Shown here: positions 9,508-17,036 of the stretch, piece after piece
Layout of the letters: every line of letters begins with the position of its first letter
Numbering within the stretch: the stretch's first letter is position 1
Source: an uncultured Oscillospiraceae bacterium
GTDB taxonomy: Bacteria; Bacillota; Clostridia; Oscillospirales; Oscillospiraceae
Direction: 5' to 3'
Length of the DNA: 53,755 nucleotides
NCBI GenBank assembly: GCA_964523945.1
Contig: CAZGBU010000002.1
Location: 1 to 53,755 of the forward strand
Notes under the pieces: model-generated
The model's database searches: none
The model's input: only the letters and a program-made list of their open reading frames with translations
What the model was told of the DNA's origin: nothing
Translations under genes and position numbers: made by a program

Positions 9508-10038
9508 CAGCCGTGCGGTAAGCGGATGGCCGAGCAAGGCAGTAACGGCGATTTTCAGTGCATCCCACGGTAGAAAAATCAGCATCCCATCCCGCACGGT
9601 TTGGAGCACGGACCAGTCCTGATCGAGGTAGAGCGTCAGGATTACGTGCATATATGGGAGGCCGACAGCGTACAGCACGGCAAGTCCGGCCAGGCAGGCA
9701 GCGGCGATGGCGCGGTACGAACCGCCGGCGCGCCGGCTGAGCAGTCCAATCACGGCGGCCGCGGGAATCAGGCCGAGCAGAAAGCCGAACGTCGGCTGAA
9801 AGACGTATGAAAATCCGCCGCCAAGCGTGAAGACCGGCAGGCCGACCAGCCCGAGCAGCACATAGACCGTCTGACTGAGTGCGCCGAGCCGTGCGCCGAG
9901 CAGAACACCGGCCATACAGGTGAAGAAAAATTGTAGTGTGAATGACGAGATCGGCGTTGGAATCCGAATAAATGCGCCGATGGCGGTGAGTGCTGCGAGC
10001 AGGGCGGTCAGAATCAGTTCACGGGTTTGCAGCTTCAT
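9490..10038 (-). CDS. bioY: biotin ECF-transporter S component
   Basis: 182-aa, 6-TM protein with IPTPISSFTLQFFFTCMAGVLLG...GLPVFTLGGGFSYVFQPTFGFLLG, typical of BioY. BirA operator lies upstream. Confidence 0.85.
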   Translation of the reverse strand: MKLQTRELILTALLAALTAIGAFIRIPTPISSFTLQFFFTCMAGVLLGARLGALSQTVYVLLGLVGLPVFTLGGGFSYVFQPTFGFLLGLIPAAAVIGLLSRRAGGSYRAIAAACLAGLAVLYAVGLPYMHVILTLYLDQDWSVLQTVRDGMLIFLPWDALKIAVTALLGHPLTARLSKQNA

Positions 10039-10051
10039 GGAGGTGCCTCCA

Positions 10052-10084
10052 ATTGTAAACTTGTAGTTTGTTTTGGTTTACAAT
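10052..10084. promoter_or_regulatory. BirA operator (bioO-like palindrome) between divergent bioY and birA
   Basis: Perfect 9-bp inverted repeat ATTGTAAAC-15 nt-GTTTACAAT. This matches the TGTAAAC/GTTTACA-type BirA sites of Firmicutes. Confidence 0.7.
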
Positions 10085-10105
10085 GAGAGCATAACAGATA
10101 GAGAT

Positions 10106-11107
10106 ATGAAACGCAAGGGGGAATTGACCCTGAAAGAAGAAATTTTGCGCATTCTGCATGAAGCGGACGGCTATGTGTCTGGCCAAGCGATCAGCGAACG
10201 GCTCGGCGTATCGCGTATGGCGGTCAGCAAGGCAGTCAGCGCACTGCGTGCAGCAGGATATGAGATCGAGGCCGCGCCGCGCCGGGGCTACCGCCTGACG
10301 GCTGCGCCGGATGTACTGGGCGCAGCTGAGGTGCGTGCCGCGCTCGGTGCGCATCCCTGGGCCGAACAGCTTGTGGTGCTGCCGGAGGTTGATTCGACCA
10401 ACAGCTATGCCAAGCAGCTTGCGCAAAGCGGCGCACCGCACGGCACCATCGTAATTGCCGACCGGCAGACGGGCGGCCGCGGCCGGATGGGGCGGACATT
10501 TCTCTCGCCGGCGGGGCAGGGCGTGTATTTTACGGTGCTGCTGCGGCCGTATGAGCCGGCGGCCGGGCTGGGCGGCCTGACTGCGCTGGCTGCCGTGGCG
10601 GTCTGCGATGCGATTGAAGCGGCCTGCGGTGTCCGCCCCGGCATCAAGTGGACGAATGACTTGTTGTTGGGCGGGAAAAAGATCTGCGGTATCCTGACGG
10701 AGCTGTCCGTAGAGGCCGAGAGCGGCATGACGGACTTCGTTGTCATCGGCGTGGGCGTCAACGTCGCGCAGCAGCCGGCGGACTTTCCGCCGGAGCTGCG
10801 GCTGACCGCCGCATCAATTTACAGCGAAACGGGCACGGCGCCGCGCCGCGCCCGTCTGGCCGCTGAGATGGTTCGCGCATTTGCCCGGATGGCGGACTGT
10901 GACCGTCCTGCCTGGATGGATCGCTACCGGGCAGATTGCCTGACCATCGGTCGCGAGATCCGTGTGATCCGCGCCGGTACCGCGCGCACGGCAGTGGCCG
11001 ACGGAGTGGACGAGAACGGCGCGCTGCTTGTCACCTGGGACGACGGCACTGCCGGCGTTGTCACGGCCGGCGATGTCAGTGTGCGCGGCCTGTGCGGTTA
11101 CGTCTGA
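10106..11107 (+). CDS. birA: bifunctional biotin-[acetyl-CoA-carboxylase] ligase / biotin operon repressor
   Basis: N-terminal wHTH (ILRILHEADGYVSGQAISERLGVSRMAVSKAV), ligase motif QTGGRGRMGRTF, KWTNDLLLGGKKICGILTE, and a C-terminal SH3-like domain. Confidence 0.9.
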   Translation: MKRKGELTLKEEILRILHEADGYVSGQAISERLGVSRMAVSKAVSALRAAGYEIEAAPRRGYRLTAAPDVLGAAEVRAALGAHPWAEQLVVLPEVDSTNSYAKQLAQSGAPHGTIVIADRQTGGRGRMGRTFLSPAGQGVYFTVLLRPYEPAAGLGGLTALAAVAVCDAIEAACGVRPGIKWTNDLLLGGKKICGILTELSVEAESGMTDFVVIGVGVNVAQQPADFPPELRLTAASIYSETGTAPRRARLAAEMVRAFARMADCDRPAWMDRYRADCLTIGREIRVIRAGTARTAVADGVDENGALLVTWDDGTAGVVTAGDVSVRGLCGYV

Positions 11108-11108
11108 T

Positions 11109-12062
11109 TCACTCGATTCCGAAGATCTCCCGTGCGTTGATATAATAGAGCATTTCCTGTTCTTTCTTTGTCATGCCGACAGAGTCGAGGAAGGAGATGC
11201 TCTCTTCATACGATTCAATCGGGTAGTCGGTGCCAAACAGGATGTGATCGATCCCGAGACGCTCTTTTGCACACAGGAACGCGGCCTTGGAGAAGTTGCC
11301 GCTTGTTGTGACAAAGACATTGTGCTTGAAGTAGTAGTCAAAGCTGCGCTCGTTGACGGCACCGCCACGGCTAACGCCCGGCATCGCATTGAAATGGTCG
11401 ATCCTGTCGAGCATAAACGGCATGGCTTCTCCATAGTGGCCGAGCATCATCTTGAGATTCGGCAGCCGGTCGAACACGCCCTTGCAGATCAGGCGGGTGA
11501 GCGTGATCGCGCCGTCGACATGGTAGCCCACGCCGGTGTCGAGCGCGACGCCCAGGCCGTTCAGCCGGTCGATGGCGGGTGGGCCGGGGTGCAGATAGAC
11601 AAACATATTCAGCTCGGCCGCTTTGTCGAGAATCGGGAAGTAAGCATCCTCATCGATGTAGTGGTCGGTGAAGTTCGAGTGTGTGTTCCAGCCGATAAAG
11701 CCGAGCTCGTCATGGCAGCGCTGCAGCTCCCGTACAGATCCGTCGATATCCTGCGGGATCAGATTGGCATAGCCGCAGATCCGACCGGGATACTGTTGGC
11801 TCATCTGATAAAACTCATCGTTGGCGGCGCGGGCAACCTCGGTTGCGGTTTCGAGCGGGAAGCGCTCCAGCCCGCCGGCACAGCTGACAAATTGCGTCTG
11901 TACCTCGAACCGGTCCATGATCTCAATGCGCTTTTCCAGCGTCAGCGCGAATGGGGACGGCCCATCCGGCGGGGGTACGGCCGGGCCGCCGGCCATCAGG
12001 GCCTGGCTGGCTTTGACGTAGGGCGCGGTGGTCTGATGCGCCTCGAAGTCGATCTTTTTCAT
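11109..12062 (-). CDS. amidohydrolase-2 family protein, non-oxidative (de)carboxylase-like
   Basis: KIDFEAH (Glu-x-His metal motif rather than His-x-His), YLHPGPP and LFGTDYP. These resemble the ACMSD / gamma-resorcylate / LigW decarboxylase branch. Confidence 0.7.
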   Translation of the reverse strand: MKKIDFEAHQTTAPYVKASQALMAGGPAVPPPDGPSPFALTLEKRIEIMDRFEVQTQFVSCAGGLERFPLETATEVARAANDEFYQMSQQYPGRICGYANLIPQDIDGSVRELQRCHDELGFIGWNTHSNFTDHYIDEDAYFPILDKAAELNMFVYLHPGPPAIDRLNGLGVALDTGVGYHVDGAITLTRLICKGVFDRLPNLKMMLGHYGEAMPFMLDRIDHFNAMPGVSRGGAVNERSFDYYFKHNVFVTTSGNFSKAAFLCAKERLGIDHILFGTDYPIESYEESISFLDSVGMTKKEQEMLYYINAREIFGIE

Positions 12063-12171
12063 TGCGGCAAGCCTCCTGTTTGAAGTGGGATCAGGAACAG
12101 CTTATCATAAAATGGCCTGCCGACAGCATGCAATTTGCGCATAAAATCCAGACGCGGCGCGTATAAGCCAT

Positions 12172-12966
12172 TTAAGCTGGGCCGGCTGCGCGGTGCGAGC
12201 GGCGGACGTTGCATACGCAGCAGGCCGCGGCGGCTGCAACGGCCAGCCCCGTGATGATCCAGAACGGCAGGGCGCGCTGCACGGTTGTAGCATAGTAGGC
12301 GGAGGCTGCGGCGCACAGCACAAAATCCAGCCCGAATACGGTCAGGAAGCTCCGGCCGGCGCGCAGTTTCTGCCGGTCGCCCTCGTCGTGCGCAGGCAGG
12401 ATACCAAAGCGCGAAAACGGCGGCAGCAGCACGGCGAACAGCGCGGCCATCACGATCACTTCAAACGGCAGCAGGATGGTGTTTTTGACCAGGCTTTTGA
12501 GCAGATAGTACCAATAGCCCTTGCTGTAGAGCATGCTGCTCCACAGGCTTCCAAGCAGGACATTGACGCCGTAGTTGACCAGAAATTTGGAGAGAAAAAG
12601 CCGCAGCACCGTAATTCGCCGGCGATAGAGCAGCAGCGCATAGATCAGGCAGCCAAGGCACGACGAGAGAATATACCCCGGGAAGAAACCCGACTGCGTA
12701 AAGAGGAAAAAGCTGAGCAGATCGACTGCCGCGCCGTAGAGCAGCGCGAGCACCGGACCGCCAACGGCGCAGGCGATCACGTTGACGAAGGCGGTGAAAT
12801 AGATGTTGAGATTCTCGCCCACTGTGATAAATACGCTGCTGATGGCGACAGAGAGTGCGCAGAACATGGCGCACAGCGCCAGGCTGCGCAGCCGTTTCAC
12901 TTCGGCTGCAGCGCTGCGCCAGTAGCCGGGCTGCGGCGACGGAACGGTGTTTTGTTTTCGTGACAT
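12172..12966 (-). CDS. folT: folate-family ECF-transporter S component with C-terminal extension
   Basis: GFFPGYILSSCLGCLIYALLLY and LGSLWSSMLY motifs of FolT. GGGGAGG SD before ATG 12964-12966. THF riboswitch upstream. 264 aa, with two extra C-terminal hydrophobic helices. Confidence 0.75.
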   Translation of the reverse strand: MSRKQNTVPSPQPGYWRSAAAEVKRLRSLALCAMFCALSVAISSVFITVGENLNIYFTAFVNVIACAVGGPVLALLYGAAVDLLSFFLFTQSGFFPGYILSSCLGCLIYALLLYRRRITVLRLFLSKFLVNYGVNVLLGSLWSSMLYSKGYWYYLLKSLVKNTILLPFEVIVMAALFAVLLPPFSRFGILPAHDEGDRQKLRAGRSFLTVFGLDFVLCAAASAYYATTVQRALPFWIITGLAVAAAAACCVCNVRRSHRAAGPA

Positions 12967-13020
12967 AAAAATACCTCCCCTATCCGGCAATGGTTGCCAC
13001 ACAGAGGAGTGATCCTTTAT

Positions 13021-13125
13021 GCGGAAGCGGGATGCGGATGCTGTACGGCGAACCGGTGTTCTTCGTCCCGAGGACAACTCCCCGTCCCTCGGGCACGTGA
13101 CCCACAGCATCCTACTCTGCCTGGA
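13021..13125 (-). promoter_or_regulatory. THF (tetrahydrofolate) riboswitch
   Basis: Minus strand reads GCAGAGUAGGAUGCUGUGGGUCACGUGCCCGAGGGACGGGGAGUUGUCCUCGGGACGAAGAACACCGGUUCGCCGUACAGCAUCCGCAUCC. It carries the AGAGUAG...GGGA...ACGAAG...CGCCGUA..GCAUCCGC blocks of THF-I. A downstream CUCCUC could sequester the SD. Confidence 0.75.
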
Positions 13126-13144
13126 TATTTGTTTTGTCGCCTCT

Positions 13145-13172
13145 ATTATACGCCCGATTCTGACAGATGCAA
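13145..13172 (-). promoter_or_regulatory. sigma-A promoter of the THF riboswitch-folT unit
   Basis: Minus strand TTGCAT-16 nt-TATAAT. Confidence 0.65.
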
Positions 13173-13214
13173 GCCCGATTTCTGATTTTAGGCAAAATAC
13201 GCGCGATTTCTGCG

Positions 13215-13243
13215 TTGCCAAACCCGGGGCAATGCGGTATAAT
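13215..13243 (+). promoter_or_regulatory. sigma-A promoter of the small membrane protein gene
   Basis: TTGCCA-17 nt-TATAAT. Confidence 0.6.
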
Positions 13244-13302
13244 AAGACCAGCAAAACGCGCCGGGGGACCGGTGCAATCGAATGCACAAAGGAGGCTCCC
13301 AG

Positions 13303-13473
13303 ATGAAAAGCAACCTGAAGTGGATCATTTCGATCGTGGCCGGCATTGCTGCGATCGGCGCGGTGGTCGCCGCCGTGATTGTGTTCTGGGATCAGATTCT
13401 CGATCTGATCAATCGCTGCCCCAAGCCGAAGTTCCGCCCGAAAGAATACGACGACTACGCGGATGTGGAGTAA
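13303..13473 (+). CDS. 56-aa single-pass membrane protein (hypothetical)
   Basis: MKSNLKWIISIVAGIAAIGAVVAAVIVFW... then a charged tail. AAAGGAGG SD 6 nt upstream. Has its own promoter and terminator. Confidence 0.5.
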   Translation: MKSNLKWIISIVAGIAAIGAVVAAVIVFWDQILDLINRCPKPKFRPKEYDDYADVE

Positions 13474-13486
13474 CTGACCGACAGTC

Positions 13487-13528
13487 AAAAACGGCATGGC
13501 CGGATGGCCGTGCCGTTTTTGTGTTTTT
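13487..13528 (+). terminator. intrinsic terminator
   Basis: aaaaacggcatggcc-gga-tggccgtgccgttttt followed by gtgttttt. Confidence 0.8.
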
Positions 13529-13607
13529 CAGCGGGCGAGTGTTGTAAGAATACACAAATCGGGAAAAGCGATTTTGTCTGATATAGCAATAGCGGCGCAC
13601 AGCAAAA

Positions 13608-13635
13608 TTGCGTAAAATATAACCATTGCTATGCT
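13608..13635 (+). promoter_or_regulatory. candidate promoter of the flavoenzyme operon
   Basis: TTGCGT-16 nt-TATGCT with an extended -10 TG (TGcTATGCT). Confidence 0.5.
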
Positions 13636-13716
13636 AATAAAAGGATTGCTGCGCAGCAGGTGCAGCGCGGCGGATCGTTTTGATGCAGGGAACATGGATC
13701 AGAGGAGGAATCACGG

Positions 13717-15369
13717 ATGAACACCAAGCAGGAAGCGCAGCAGTTCCCGGCCTGGGCCGGGCAGCCGCCGGTGATCGCAGACAACGAGATCACCGAGACG
13801 ATCGAAGCCGACATTGTGGTCGTCGGCAGCGGCAACGCAGGCGTACTGGCGGCGACTGCCGCGGCATTTGCCGGCGCATCGGTCAGCGTGATCGAGCAGC
13901 AGTCGCGTGAGCGTCTGCATATGTACGGCCTGGCCGACGTCGGAACACTCAACTCAAACTGGGCGAAGGAGCGCGGTGTGCCGCATATCGATGAGTCGGA
14001 ATTCATCGCCGAATGGCAGCACCGGACGCAGAACCGCTCCGACCCGCTCCTCATCCGGCAGTTTGCCTACCACTCCGGTGAGATGCTCGACTGGCTGATG
14101 TCGCTGATGTCGCCGATGCTGACCGGGCGCCTTCAGATCTCCAACTATCCCTGCCCTTTCCAGCGTTATGACGGCGAGGTGAGCGGCTACCGCACCTGGG
14201 CCGGCACCTGCGAATTGCACAACTGGGACACCGGTGTGCGGCAGGTCATTGCGCAGGCCGAGGCGAAGGGCGCAAAGTGGTACTGGGAGAATACAGCCGT
14301 CGTGCTGCGGCAGGAAAACGGCCGTGTCGTCGGCTGCATCGCCAAAACGAAGGACGGCAAGTACATCCACTACGCCGCAAAGAAAGGCGTCATTCTCTGC
14401 ACGGGCGACTTCGGCGCGAACCACGACATGTACGTCCACTTCCATCAGGAGATCGTGATGCAGTTTGAGTCGATGGGACTTCCGACTGACAAGCTGCGCA
14501 CGATGATGGGCCGCGACGGCATAGGGCAGCGGATGGCGGTCTGGGCCGGCGGCAGCATGGAGCCGGGTCCGTATGCCTGCATCTACCCGACGGCGGGCGC
14601 GCCGGCGAAAGGTGTCGACGCCAACCTCGCCAGCTGGAATGGCGGCGGCGGCCGCGCGGCGGATTTTCAGGGCACCTCGTTCCTGCGGCTCGATGCAGAC
14701 GGACGCCGCTATTGCGACGAGGGCATCATGGGCATCTACGGCATTCTGCATCGCACCTACCGCCGCGGCGGTGGGCTGAGCGTTGCGGTATTTGATTCGC
14801 AGTGGTTCGAGTATGTGCAATCGCAGTGCCATGAGCACTTCATGCCGTACAAGAACGACTTGCTCTGGGCGGAAAAGACGAAGGTCCTGCTGGCCGAGGC
14901 AGTCGAGGCTGGCAAGAAGGGCATTGGCAACGGACGCGGCAAGGAATCCAACCTGTTCGCGGCCAATACGATCGGCGAGCTGGCTGACGCACTGGGTTAT
15001 CAGGGTGCGGCAAAAAAGACGTTCGTGGAGTCTGTCGAGCGCTATAACCAGATGTGTAAACAGGGCAAGGATGCGGACTTTGGCAAGGATCCGAAGCTGT
15101 TGCTTGCGGTCGACAAGCCGCCGTACTATGCGCTCAAGACCGTCCTGACGCAGCCGGACACCGGCCTGGTTGGCCTCAATGGTGTGATTACAGATGAAAA
15201 TCAGGCGGTACTCGGCAAGGATTTCAAACCGATTCCTGGCCTGTTCGCCTCCGGCACCTGCGGCGGCGGCAAGTTCTTCCTGCAGTATTCGTCCGTAATG
15301 AGCGGCATGGCGGTCGGCATGGCCATGACCTTTGGCATGCTGGCCGGGCGGCATGTTGCGTCGCTCTGA
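13717..15369 (+). CDS. FAD-dependent oxidoreductase, FAD_binding_2 superfamily (3-ketosteroid dehydrogenase / soluble fumarate reductase-like), paralog 1
   Basis: DIVVVGSGNAGVLAA dinucleotide fold. C-terminal IPGLFASGTCGGGKFFLQYSSVMSGMAVGMAMTFG resembles the KstD-type C-terminus. GAGGAGGA SD. No signal peptide. Confidence 0.8.
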   Translation: MNTKQEAQQFPAWAGQPPVIADNEITETIEADIVVVGSGNAGVLAATAAAFAGASVSVIEQQSRERLHMYGLADVGTLNSNWAKERGVPHIDESEFIAEWQHRTQNRSDPLLIRQFAYHSGEMLDWLMSLMSPMLTGRLQISNYPCPFQRYDGEVSGYRTWAGTCELHNWDTGVRQVIAQAEAKGAKWYWENTAVVLRQENGRVVGCIAKTKDGKYIHYAAKKGVILCTGDFGANHDMYVHFHQEIVMQFESMGLPTDKLRTMMGRDGIGQRMAVWAGGSMEPGPYACIYPTAGAPAKGVDANLASWNGGGGRAADFQGTSFLRLDADGRRYCDEGIMGIYGILHRTYRRGGGLSVAVFDSQWFEYVQSQCHEHFMPYKNDLLWAEKTKVLLAEAVEAGKKGIGNGRGKESNLFAANTIGELADALGYQGAAKKTFVESVERYNQMCKQGKDADFGKDPKLLLAVDKPPYYALKTVLTQPDTGLVGLNGVITDENQAVLGKDFKPIPGLFASGTCGGGKFFLQYSSVMSGMAVGMAMTFGMLAGRHVASL

Positions 15370-15400
15370 TGCGGTGCGGATGGCAGGGAGGAAAGCGCAG

Positions 15401-17023
15401 ATGGAACAGCCCAAATTCAAATGGATGGTGCCGCCGGCGCCGGTGGACGAGTCGCTGGTCAACGAGACAATTGAGAGTGATGTCGTAGTGGTCGGCGCCG
15501 GGCACGCGGGCACCAGCATTGCCCGCGCGGCGGCAGAGCAGGGCATAGAAATCCTGGTGCTGGACAAACAGCGCTTGTTCGAGCGGCAGTTTGTCCCAGG
15601 CCATGAGGTCGGCGTGCTCAACTCGCAGCTTGCGCGCGAACGAGGCGTGCCGTACTATGACCCGATGGACATGGTGGTCGACTGGCAGATGCGCTCGCTC
15701 AACCGGACGAACGTCGAGCTGGTGCGGCAGTTTGCCTATCGCGGCGGCGAGACGCTCGACTGGTATCTCGAGCCGCTGCCGCAGGCTTTCCGCGACTCGA
15801 TCCGCATCTATATGTTCCCGCCGACGGCACGCTATACCGATACATACAACGGCTATAAGAACTTCCTGGGTACCGCGCTGTTTTACGGCGGCGAGGGTTA
15901 TCATCTGCTCGACGCGGTCAAGGCAAACCAGCGCGCTGCCATCGCGCACGGTGCGCGTTTTGTCTTCGACTGTGCCGGTGAGCAGCTGATTCTGGACGGC
16001 GGGCGAGTGACCGGCGTGTACGCCAAAAAGTCGGACGGGAGCTATGTCCGGGTCAACGCCAGACGGGCAGTCGTCCTCGCGGCCGGCGGCTGCACGACGA
16101 ACAACGAGATGGTGCATGATCTGTACGAAGAGCTCGACGAGGTGTTCGGCCATGACGCAAAGCTGGCCGGCATGGGTGTCGACGACGGCAGCGGGATCAA
16201 AATGGGCGTCTGGGCCGGCGGCCGCGTCCAGCCCGGCCCGCGTGCGGCGGTTGCGCCGTGCCTGTCGTTTATGGCTGGACAGTTCTCCGGCACGGCGTTT
16301 CTGCGGCTGAACCGGCACGGCAAGCGGTATACAAACGAAGGATTCCTCGGCGCGTTCGGTGCCGGCCTGGCCACATTCCGGCAGCCAAAGGGATTTGTGA
16401 GCGCCGTATTTGACAGCGGCTGGCGCGAGGAGCTCGAGGATCAGGCGCCAGACCACACCAATGTCAATGTCCGCTGGCCAGAGCTGATGGAGCGGCTCGA
16501 GCGTGATATGGAACGCGTTGTCGCAGCCGGTGCAGCCGGTGCACAGATCCATGGTACGACCAACATGGAAGGCGGCGACCGCCTGGCCGGCGACCCGATC
16601 TACTGCTGTGAAACACTGGAGGAGCTGGGCCGTGTGCTTGGCTATGCGGGTGAGACGCTTACGAATTTCCTGCACAGCATCGAGCGCTACAACGAGCTGT
16701 GTGCCAAGGGCGTCGACGAGGACTTTGGCAAGGATCCGCGGCAGATGCACGCCATCGTCAAGCCGCCGTTTTTCGGAACGCGCAACGAGCATCCCGTTGC
16801 ACGCGGCCCAATGGCGACGCTCAGCGGTCTGGTGATCGACGAGGCACAGCGCGTACTGGACGAAAACGGCGACCCAATCCCGGGACTGTACGCCTCGGGC
16901 AACAACGCCGGCGGCCGGTTTGCTGTGCAGTATTCCACGCCGATGTCCGGTGTTTCCATCGGCATGGCGATCACGCTCGGCAGACTGCTTGGCCTGTCGC
17001 TGGCGGACACGGCGTCTAAATGA
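15401..17023 (+). CDS. FAD-dependent oxidoreductase, FAD_binding_2 superfamily, paralog 2
   Basis: DVVVVGAGHAGTSIA, LVRQFAYRGGETLDW and IPGLYASGNNAGGRFAVQYSTPMSGVSIGMAITLG. Start at ATG 15401 behind AGGGAGGAAA. Shares many blocks with the upstream gene. Confidence 0.8.
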   Translation: MEQPKFKWMVPPAPVDESLVNETIESDVVVVGAGHAGTSIARAAAEQGIEILVLDKQRLFERQFVPGHEVGVLNSQLARERGVPYYDPMDMVVDWQMRSLNRTNVELVRQFAYRGGETLDWYLEPLPQAFRDSIRIYMFPPTARYTDTYNGYKNFLGTALFYGGEGYHLLDAVKANQRAAIAHGARFVFDCAGEQLILDGGRVTGVYAKKSDGSYVRVNARRAVVLAAGGCTTNNEMVHDLYEELDEVFGHDAKLAGMGVDDGSGIKMGVWAGGRVQPGPRAAVAPCLSFMAGQFSGTAFLRLNRHGKRYTNEGFLGAFGAGLATFRQPKGFVSAVFDSGWREELEDQAPDHTNVNVRWPELMERLERDMERVVAAGAAGAQIHGTTNMEGGDRLAGDPIYCCETLEELGRVLGYAGETLTNFLHSIERYNELCAKGVDEDFGKDPRQMHAIVKPPFFGTRNEHPVARGPMATLSGLVIDEAQRVLDENGDPIPGLYASGNNAGGRFAVQYSTPMSGVSIGMAITLGRLLGLSLADTASK

Positions 17024-17036
17024 GAGGGAGGAACCA

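Noticed and set aside
10073-10105. The TTG start (10073) given by the ORF track for birA.
   Set aside because: It lies inside the BirA operator palindrome. The BirA wHTH begins right after ATG 10106 (MKRKGELTLKEEILRIL).
12967-13497. The 441-aa ORF extension upstream of folT.
   Set aside because: The extension covers the THF riboswitch and its promoter. The FolT core starts at ATG 12966 with a GGGGAGG SD.
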